DNA of 64,000 nt from an uncultured Pseudomonadota bacterium (GTDB taxonomy: Bacteria; Pseudomonadota; Alphaproteobacteria; Rs-D84), in assembly GCA_902788485.1 (NCBI GenBank), contig CADAKI010000003.1, positions 5,032 to 69,031 on the forward strand, read 5' to 3'. Below, one piece after another: positions 47,418-54,045 of this stretch (position 1 is the first letter of the stretch; each line of letters opens with the position of its first letter). Under the pieces are notes generated by a model. It searched no databases. It saw nothing but the letters and a program-made list of their open reading frames with translations, and was not told the DNA's origin. The translations under genes and the position numbers were made by a program.

Positions 47418-49214
47418 ATGTCAAAAAAGATATTTGTGGATGCAGTCCACCCGGAAGAAACACGCGTCGTCGTTGTGGATTCTGAAAATGGGCGCGTTTC
47501 TGATTTTGATGTTGAAACAACCACAAAACCCCAGATAAAGGGAAATATTTATCTGGCCAAGGTTATTCGGGTTGAACCATCGTTACAGGCCGCCTTTGTC
47601 GATTATGGAACCGGGAAAAACGGATTTTTGCCGTTTTCGGAAATTCATCCTGACTATTATCAAATCAGTGCGGAACAAAAAAAGAAATTATTGGAATTGG
47701 CACATGCCAACATCGTTGATGACGATACCGACCCCGATGACGAGGCCGATGAAGTCGCAGATTATGACGACAGCAGTGCCGGCGAAGATAATAAAGAATT
47801 TTTGAAACATGCACGTGAATTCAAAATCCAGGATGTTATTAAACCTAAACAAATTTTGTTGATTCAAGGCGTCAAAGAAGAACGCGGTCAAAAAGGTGCG
47901 TCAATGACAACATATTTGTCTTTGGCGGGACGTTTTGCGGTTTTGATGCCAAATTCACGCAAACGCAACAGTTATGGGATTTCCAAAAAAATTTCTGACA
48001 AGGCCGAACGCGCCAGATTGCGCGAAATTTTGCATGGGTTAAAAATTCCACGCGGAATGACAGTGGTATTGCGGACCGCCGCCGCGGGTGCATCCGGTGA
48101 TGATATCGCCAAAGATTATGATTATTTGGTGAATTTATGGAACGATATTCGCAAAACAACATTGGAATCGGTTGCACCGGTTATTATCCATGCCGAAGAT
48201 TCCCTGCTCCGTCGTGTGGTACGTGATTTTATTTCTGATAAATCAGACACCATGGTTATCCAGGGCGAAGAAGCGTATGATGCCGCCAAGAATTATTTCC
48301 AGCAATTATATGGACGCGCACCGCGCAAACAAATAACACTGTATAAAGATATCGCAATGCCATTGATGGTCAAGGCCGGTGTCGAGAAACAACTGGAAGG
48401 TTTGCATGGGCCGTATGTCGTGTTGCCATCTGGGGGTTCGATTGTTATAAACCAGACCGAAGCAATGGTGACGATTGATGTGAACTCTTCACGCGCAATT
48501 AAGGAAAAAGATATCGAACAAACGGCACTGAATACCAATTTAGAGGCCGCCGAAGAAATCGCATTGCAATTACGTCTGCGTGATTTGGCGGGCATTGTTG
48601 CGATTGACTTTATCGATATGGAAGAAGAAAAAAACAATCGCAAATTGGAAATGAAAATGCGCGAAATTATGAAACGCGACCGTGCACGGACTCAGGTTGC
48701 AAAAATCAATGCGTTTGGTGTTATGATGTTGTCGCGTCAACGCATGCGCAGCAGTTTCATTGAATCATCGTATGTGGCATGTCCGCACTGTATGGGTGCC
48801 GGCGTGGTGCCAAGCATTCAAACCGCGTCGATTATTTTGTTCCGTCATTTGCAAGAAAAACTGTTGGCGAAATCTGCCCAGAAAATCATTATGACGGTGC
48901 CGACCGATGTCGCAATTTACCTGCTGAATCAAAAACGCGCAGAATTGGCGGCGATGGAGACCGAATTTGAAACAGAAATCGTGATTGTTGGTGATGACAG
49001 TTTGATGAATATCGATCAATATTCTATACAACGCGTTGCGCCCGAACAGGTTAAAACCGATGATGTTTTGGCGGCACATACCCCATCTACAGATGCAAAA
49101 AAGAAAAATGCACAACATGTGGAGGCAAAACGCACAACAACAACCGCACCACGGCGTAAAACAAAAAAGAAACAACCTCAAAAGAAATCCATTTGGAAAA
49201 AATTGGTTGGTTAA
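47418..49214 (+). CDS. rne: ribonuclease E/G-family endoribonuclease (RNase E-like, 598 aa)
   Basis: S1 domain (KGNIYLAKVIRVEPSLQAAFVDYG) interrupted by an acidic insert. Catalytic core VTIDVNS, Zn-link CPHCMGAG, and a basic K/R tail. Start moved to ATG 47418. Confidence 0.9.
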   Translation: MSKKIFVDAVHPEETRVVVVDSENGRVSDFDVETTTKPQIKGNIYLAKVIRVEPSLQAAFVDYGTGKNGFLPFSEIHPDYYQISAEQKKKLLELAHANIVDDDTDPDDEADEVADYDDSSAGEDNKEFLKHAREFKIQDVIKPKQILLIQGVKEERGQKGASMTTYLSLAGRFAVLMPNSRKRNSYGISKKISDKAERARLREILHGLKIPRGMTVVLRTAAAGASGDDIAKDYDYLVNLWNDIRKTTLESVAPVIIHAEDSLLRRVVRDFISDKSDTMVIQGEEAYDAAKNYFQQLYGRAPRKQITLYKDIAMPLMVKAGVEKQLEGLHGPYVVLPSGGSIVINQTEAMVTIDVNSSRAIKEKDIEQTALNTNLEAAEEIALQLRLRDLAGIVAIDFIDMEEEKNNRKLEMKMREIMKRDRARTQVAKINAFGVMMLSRQRMRSSFIESSYVACPHCMGAGVVPSIQTASIILFRHLQEKLLAKSAQKIIMTVPTDVAIYLLNQKRAELAAMETEFETEIVIVGDDSLMNIDQYSIQRVAPEQVKTDDVLAAHTPSTDAKKKNAQHVEAKRTTTTAPRRKTKKKQPQKKSIWKKLVG

Positions 49215-49220
49215 AATTAA

Positions 49221-49250
49221 AATGCCCGGCAATCGCCGGGTTTGTTTTTT
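49221..49250 (+). terminator. intrinsic terminator after rne
   Basis: cccggc-aatc-gccggg hairpin followed by tttgtttttt. Confidence 0.8.
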
Positions 49251-49343
49251 GCATGATACAATTTGCAGAGTGCAATTCATTGTGACAATAAAAATTCGGT
49301 TGATAAAACATTATTTTTATTCGCTTTCTATTTTCTTTACATA

Positions 49344-49373
49344 TTGCAAATTGTGTTTTTGTTATGCTATAAT
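49344..49373 (+). promoter_or_regulatory. sigma-70-like promoter (TTGCAA-18-TATAAT)
   Basis: Hexamers read from the sequence. Confidence 0.5.
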
Positions 49374-49378
49374 TCACA

Positions 49379-49616
49379 TAGATCCAAGAAATTGGGTTGG
49401 ACTATGCTAAGTCCTGTATCTTCGGTGCGAAAGCATCGTTAATTTGATGTTATCGGTGTTTTTTGCGCCGTTATAACCCTGACCGTTATGGCCGGGGAGC
49501 TGTTGGTTATACAATACGGGCAACCGAAAGACCGACAGAATCATTAAGATACTGATTTAGCAACTCCCCGACCGTCAATTTTTTGGCGGTTTAATTTTTT
49601 TATAAAGGAGAACATT
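49379..49616 (+). promoter_or_regulatory. about 240-nt highly structured leader (or independent sRNA) upstream of the porin-like gene
   Basis: Helix cggggag/ctccccg (about 49495-49501 and 49573-49579) enclosing cuguugguu/gaccgacag. A GAAA-tetraloop hairpin (gtgc-gaaa-gcat) and a cUUCGg motif. Weak hairpin plus T run at about 49578-49607. Confidence 0.4.
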
Positions 49617-50303
49617 ATGAAAATATCATATATTGCGTTTGGCTTGGCATTGATGCCAACAATCGCATCTGCCGCATCAGAAAAACCAATCACACAAAAA
49701 AATGTAAAAGCATATATTGGTTGGGATGTAAATTGGTTTAATGGTAATTTAAACAATAAATTAGGCGAAGATTTTAGTGCCGGAACTGGATATTTATATA
49801 ATGTGAACTCAGATGAATTGATAAACCCAAAATATATTGGTTTTACCGTGAATGCTGGCGCAAAAATCAACGATTATTTTGGCATAGAAACATTTTATCA
49901 AAATACAGGAAATTCTAAATCAACAATTGATTTTTATGATACACTGGGGACAACCAAAATATCGCAATATAAATCCAAAACTTCATTTTGGGCTTTTGGA
50001 TTAGATGCCTTGGGATATTTGCCAATCACGGACAGTAAATTTTCTTTTATTGGCTCGTTGGGCTTGGGATATTATAATACCAAAGGAACATTTGATATTA
50101 TAAATTATGTTTATAACATTAGTGAGACAGAAAAAGACACAGAAAAAAATATTGGTTTAAGAATTGGTTTTGGTGGGCAATACGACTTTGCAGAACATTG
50201 GGCCGCACGTGCGATGATTAAATATGCAGCATTGAATTCAGACAATGACGACGCGGTTGATGGAGTGCTGGATATATCATTTGGCGTTAAATATATCTTT
50301 TAA
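49617..50303 (+). CDS. outer-membrane beta-barrel protein (OmpA-like/porin-family, 228 aa)
   Basis: Signal peptide ending ASA, alternating aromatic/hydrophilic beta-strand pattern, and C-terminal ..GVKYIF. Confidence 0.8.
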   Translation: MKISYIAFGLALMPTIASAASEKPITQKNVKAYIGWDVNWFNGNLNNKLGEDFSAGTGYLYNVNSDELINPKYIGFTVNAGAKINDYFGIETFYQNTGNSKSTIDFYDTLGTTKISQYKSKTSFWAFGLDALGYLPITDSKFSFIGSLGLGYYNTKGTFDIINYVYNISETEKDTEKNIGLRIGFGGQYDFAEHWAARAMIKYAALNSDNDDAVDGVLDISFGVKYIF

Positions 50304-50353
50304 ATTTGTCGAACTTCCAGTTCGAATCCGAGACATTCTGTCTCGATTAAATT

Positions 50354-50380
50354 AAAAAACCCATCTTGCGATGGGTTTTT
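50354..50380. terminator. bidirectional terminator after the porin-like gene
   Basis: acccatc-ttgc-gatgggt hairpin with A and T runs. Confidence 0.8.
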
Positions 50381-50722
50381 GAATTTAATGGGGCGGGCGA
50401 CCTTTTCCTCGATACACAATAATAAAAATTAAAAAAATTTCGTAAACTTCAATTTTTTAATATTTTTCTAATTGTGTATTTCCGTATTCGCTCGGACTTT
50501 GTCCTGTGCGGCATTCGTTAGCACTCAAACTTCGTTAACACTCGTTTTTGCTTACTCATAGTCGCTTGGACTTCGTCCATCGCGGCACTCCTGACAAATC
50601 GCCTGCGCTACGCTTGGCTCTTTTACTCGTAGTCGAACTTGGCTTCGCCAGTTCTCATCTGGCCCTACCAGATAATTAAAAAATCCCCGTTTGGGGATTT
50701 TTGAATTATGGGGCGGGCGACC
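50376..50722 (-). repeat. tRNA-His-associated element A: about 294-nt ORF-less insert bounded by about 27-nt direct repeats that include the tRNA-His 3' end
   Basis: DR1 at 50376-50402 and DR2 at 50697-50722 read tttttgaatt(t)a(a)tggggcgggcgacc. Three degenerate tandem units of about 71-74 nt. An 84-nt AT-rich module (50407-50490) is shared with 61495-61578. Confidence 0.6.
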
Positions 50723-50786
50723 AGATTCGAACTGGCGACATTCGGTACCACAAACCGACGCTCTAACCAACTGAGCTACGCCCGCC
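50709..50786 (-). tRNA. tRNA-His (anticodon GUG) with encoded G-1, C73 and CCA
   Basis: Manual cloverleaf from the reverse complement: G-1 + GCGGGCG acceptor, anticodon arm TCGGT-TTGTGGT-ACCGA, T arm GCCAG-TTCGAAT-CTGGT, then CGCCCGC-C-CCA. Confidence 0.93.
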
Positions 50787-50799
50787 ATGAAAAAAACTG

Positions 50800-50875
50800 T
50801 GGTGGAGCTGATCAGACTCGAACTGACGACCCCTTGCATGCCATGCAAGTGCTCTACCAACTGAGCTACAACCCC
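50800..50875 (-). tRNA. tRNA-Ala (anticodon GGC), G3:U70, CCA encoded
   Basis: Reverse complement GGGGTTG..CAGCTCC-A-CCA with G3:U70. Anticodon arm CTTGC-ATGGCAT-GCAAG. Confidence 0.93.
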
Positions 50876-50889
50876 ATAAAGCAGAACAT

Positions 50890-50918
50890 ATTCTATATTT
50901 CTTCTTGCCAAATGTCAA
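50890..50918 (-). promoter_or_regulatory. consensus-like promoter for the tRNA-Ala/tRNA-His operon (TTGACA-17-TAGAAT on the minus strand)
   Basis: Hexamers and spacing read from the reverse complement. The -10 element ends about 14 nt upstream of the tRNA-Ala 5' end. Confidence 0.6.
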
Positions 50919-50957
50919 ATATTTTTGCTAATCTTTTGGTGATACAAGGAGAATTAT

Positions 50958-51518
50958 ATGGATTATCAAATTTTAAAACAGGACGTTGAACAAAAAACCG
51001 CACAAACATTGGATGTTTTACAAAATTCTTTCGCGGGTTTACGCACGGGTCGCGCGTCAACACATTTATTGGATGGTGTGCGCGTGCCGGTTTATGGTTC
51101 CGATATGCCATTGAACCAGGTTGCAACCGTGTCAACCCCGGATAATCAAACATTAAATGTGACCGTGTGGGATATGAATAATGTTGGCGCGGTTGAAAAG
51201 GCAATTCGTGATTCAGGGTTGGGATTAAATCCGATGTCTGCGGGTGCGGTTATTCGTTTGAACATGCCGCCATTGACCGAAGAAAGACGTCGCGAATTGA
51301 CCAAGGTTGCCGGTAAATATGCCGAGGAGGCAAAAATTTCTATGCGTAATATTCGCCAAGATGCCATGTCGAAAATTAAACGCGCCGTCACCGACAAAGA
51401 AATTTCCGAAGATGATCAACGCAAATACGAGGACGATATTCAAAAGGTTTTCGACAAACGCGGCGCAGAAGTTGATGCAATGGCGAAACAAAAAGAAGCC
51501 GATATTATGTCTGTGTAA
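50958..51518 (+). CDS. frr: ribosome recycling factor
   Basis: ..F.GLRTGRAS..LLD.V.V.YYGS..PLNQVA.....D...L.V..WD. Confidence 0.96.
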   Translation: MDYQILKQDVEQKTAQTLDVLQNSFAGLRTGRASTHLLDGVRVPVYGSDMPLNQVATVSTPDNQTLNVTVWDMNNVGAVEKAIRDSGLGLNPMSAGAVIRLNMPPLTEERRRELTKVAGKYAEEAKISMRNIRQDAMSKIKRAVTDKEISEDDQRKYEDDIQKVFDKRGAEVDAMAKQKEADIMSV

Positions 51519-51556
51519 TATTCAATAATCTTCACAAAAAAAACGGGGAGGCGCAA

Positions 51557-52306
51557 ATGTTCAAATTATTCAAAAAAAATAAACCACAGACATCAACAAA
51601 GATTCCTCAGCACATTGCATTTATTTGCGATGGTAATCGTCGATGGGCAGAAAAACGCGGATTGCCGCCATTGATGGGACACCAGGCCGGTATCGCAAAT
51701 TTTGAAAACATGGTTGATTGGTTTGTCAAGAAAGGTGTTTCAACAATTACTTTTTTCATTTTTTCCACAGAAAATTGGAATCGTTCGGATGAAGAAGTGA
51801 ATTTTTTGATGGATTTGTTTTATACGGAACTGAATAAAAATTTGAAACATGCACTAAGCCATAATTTGCGCTATCGCGTAATTGGGTCACGCGACAGATT
51901 GCCGAAAAAATTAGCAAAACTGTGCGATGAATTAGAGGAAAAATCGTCGGAAAACACCGGTGGCACGGTTGTGTTTGCATTAAATTATGGTGGTCAAGAT
52001 GAAATTGTGCGTGCGGTAAATGCGGCAATCGACAACGGGGAACCTGTCACACGCGAGGGTTTTGAAACATTTTTGGATACCGGGGATTTGTTACCGGTTG
52101 ATTTGATGGTTCGTACCAGTAATGAATGCAGAATTTCTAATTTCTTGTTATGGAAACTGGCATATGCGGAATTATTGTTTATTCCGGAACATTGGCCTGA
52201 TTTGGTAAAATCTGAAAAATTGTGGCAACGGGTTTTAGACGAGTATTCAACTCGTGACCGCAGATTTGGTGGCGGAAAAAAGAAAAATTATTCTGGGAAA
52301 AAATAA
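51557..52306 (+). CDS. uppS: undecaprenyl-diphosphate synthase (cis-prenyltransferase)
   Basis: HIAFICDGNRRWA, FSTENWNR and RTSNECRISNFLLW. Confidence 0.95.
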   Translation: MFKLFKKNKPQTSTKIPQHIAFICDGNRRWAEKRGLPPLMGHQAGIANFENMVDWFVKKGVSTITFFIFSTENWNRSDEEVNFLMDLFYTELNKNLKHALSHNLRYRVIGSRDRLPKKLAKLCDELEEKSSENTGGTVVFALNYGGQDEIVRAVNAAIDNGEPVTREGFETFLDTGDLLPVDLMVRTSNECRISNFLLWKLAYAELLFIPEHWPDLVKSEKLWQRVLDEYSTRDRRFGGGKKKNYSGKK

Positions 52307-52318
52307 AGGAAAATAATT

Positions 52319-52960
52319 ATGTCAGAGACGTCAAAACGCGTGTTGGTTGCGGTTGGATTGATTGGTATTGTGTTTATCGTTGGTGTCATGGAACATTTCG
52401 GTATTCATGCGGTTCGTTGGTTGTCTGTATTTGTTGCCGTTGGTATGGTGTATGAAATGGTCAATCGTTTATTCAATGCGCGACGCATGGACATTGCAAA
52501 GCATGGTTGGTTATTTTTCTTGTTTTTGGCATGGTTGGTGATGTTGGTTGCGGCGGCATATTTTGTTGGTGCGTCGGTTAAAAATATGTTGCTGTTGTTG
52601 TCTATTATTTGTGCCGCAGATATTGGCGCATGGTTTTTCGGCAAAATGTTTGGTGGCGACAAAATGTGGGAACGCGTATCATCGCATAAAACATGGGTTG
52701 GACAAATCGCCGGTATTGTTTGTGGCGCGATTGTGGCATTGTCTTTTGGTCCGTTGGTCGTTGGTGATTATTTGCCTGAATTATTGTGGGTTGGAATTGC
52801 GGTTGCGTTGTTGTCGCAATACGGTGATTTAACCGCCAGTTGGGTAAAAAGAAAATTGGGCATCAAAGATTTTGGAACAATTTTACCCGGACACGGTGGA
52901 TTACTGGACCGCTTTGACGGGTGGATTTATGTGTTGCCGATTGTTTGGATGATGATGTAA
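52319..52960 (+). CDS. cdsA: phosphatidate cytidylyltransferase (short, 213 aa)
   Basis: C-terminal signature S..KR..GIKDFG..LPGHGG.LDR.D. Multi-TM. Confidence 0.85.
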   Translation: MSETSKRVLVAVGLIGIVFIVGVMEHFGIHAVRWLSVFVAVGMVYEMVNRLFNARRMDIAKHGWLFFLFLAWLVMLVAAAYFVGASVKNMLLLLSIICAADIGAWFFGKMFGGDKMWERVSSHKTWVGQIAGIVCGAIVALSFGPLVVGDYLPELLWVGIAVALLSQYGDLTASWVKRKLGIKDFGTILPGHGGLLDRFDGWIYVLPIVWMMM

Positions 52961-52985
52961 TCGTGCGCAAGGGAGAAATGTAAAA

Positions 52986-54044
52986 ATGCATATTTTAATT
53001 ACCATTATTGCGTTAATTGTTGTTTTAGGTGTCGTGGTTTTCATCCATGAATTGGGACATTTTTTGGCGGCACGTTGGGCCGGTGTCAGGGTCGATAAAT
53101 TTTCAATTGGTTTTGGTCCGGCGATTTGCAAATGGCACGATAAATACGGCACACAATGGCAGTTGGCATGTTTGCCCCTGGGCGGATATGTGTCGATTTA
53201 TGGTCAAGAAGACATGTTCGACCGTAAAAAATACGAAGATTTAGATGCAGATAAAAAGGTTGGACATTATTTGTCTGCGCCGCGTTGGAAACAATTCATC
53301 ATTATTGGCGCGGGCGTGTTTATGAATTTTTTGTTGGCATGGGTTATTTATTCTGCGGCGTTTATGTTTCATCCGCGCCAGGTTCAATTACCTGTCGTGG
53401 GCCAGGTTATTCAACAAAGTGTTGCGTTTAATGCCGGCGTTAAACCGGGTGATGTAATTATGAAAATTGACGGGAAAAAAATTTCCAACTGGGGTGAAAT
53501 TATTTTGGCCAAAGAATTGGCGGCAAACCACGATGCAAATGTTGAATTATTGCGTGGCGATAAAAATATAAATGTTGCTTTGTCACCAGCGGAACGGTGG
53601 GGGCTGGTTGCCGACGGCAGTAAAACAGAATTTCGTAAAAAAGGTTTTTTGGATGGCATGTATTGGGGCGCACGCGAAACATATAATCAATCAAAAACTT
53701 TGTTGATTGTGTTAGAACAAATTATAACCGGTGAACGTTCATCGAAACAGTTGGGGTCGTTCATCACCATCGCCCAGGTTTCAGGCCAGGCATTATCAAT
53801 CGGTTTTTGGGCGTTTTTATCAATTATTGCATTATTGTCTGTGAATTTGGGGGTGATAAATTTATTGCCTTTACCGGTATTGGATGGTGGATTTTTACTG
53901 ATTTTAATTATAGAATTTATCACACGTAAAAAATTACAAGGCAAAGCAATGGAAATCGTGTTCGCGGCGGGGTGGATTTTAATTGGTGCGTTAATGTTGT
54001 TGACAATGTGGAACGATATTGCAAGGGTATTTGGGTTAAATTAA
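52986..54044 (+). CDS. rseP: RIP zinc metalloprotease RseP (site-2 protease)
   Basis: HELGHFLAAR, one PDZ region, and NLLPLPVLDGG. Confidence 0.93.
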   Translation: MHILITIIALIVVLGVVVFIHELGHFLAARWAGVRVDKFSIGFGPAICKWHDKYGTQWQLACLPLGGYVSIYGQEDMFDRKKYEDLDADKKVGHYLSAPRWKQFIIIGAGVFMNFLLAWVIYSAAFMFHPRQVQLPVVGQVIQQSVAFNAGVKPGDVIMKIDGKKISNWGEIILAKELAANHDANVELLRGDKNINVALSPAERWGLVADGSKTEFRKKGFLDGMYWGARETYNQSKTLLIVLEQIITGERSSKQLGSFITIAQVSGQALSIGFWAFLSIIALLSVNLGVINLLPLPVLDGGFLLILIIEFITRKKLQGKAMEIVFAAGWILIGALMLLTMWNDIARVFGLN

Positions 54045-54045
54045 T

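Noticed and set aside
49283-49365. A possible third, diverged copy of the AT-rich element A/B module (gtgacaataaaaatt ... ttgcaaattgtgt).
   Set aside because: The matches are short and sit in low-complexity A/T sequence, there is no adjacent tRNA or tRNA-end duplication, and part of it is better explained as a promoter.
49379-49605. RNase P RNA, tmRNA or 6S RNA identity for the structured RNA upstream of the porin gene. Local strings ctaagtcctg and gacagaatc faintly recall GGAAAGUCCGG and ACAGAA.CGGCUUA.
   Set aside because: The conserved P4 and universal motifs are not actually present. The region is too short for RNase P RNA, there is no CCA-ending acceptor, and there is no long rod with a central bubble.
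50317-50345. The T-loop/acceptor-like fragment after the porin gene, considered as the far att repeat of a 12-kb island integrated in tRNA-Lys (38373-38449).
   Set aside because: The similarity is limited to the generic GTTCGAATCC T-loop plus a 6-mer (tgtctc). The interval also contains core genes (recG, rne). It is treated as tRNA-like debris belonging to the tRNA-His locus rearrangement.
50482-50660. The three tandem units of about 73 nt in element A, considered as a possible CRISPR array.
   Set aside because: There is no short, exactly repeated direct repeat separated by unique spacers. The whole units are degenerate copies of each other, and no cas genes are present in the window.
50552-50989. 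ORFs 50552..50911(-) and 50708..50989(+). The same applies to 61492..61866(+), 61556..61780(-) and 38169..38411(+).
   Set aside because: They run through tRNA genes. The telltale translations are ..RFELAT..RSNQLSYA.., ..TRTDDP..LYQLSY.. and ..GIRTLD... They are artefacts of translating tRNA DNA.
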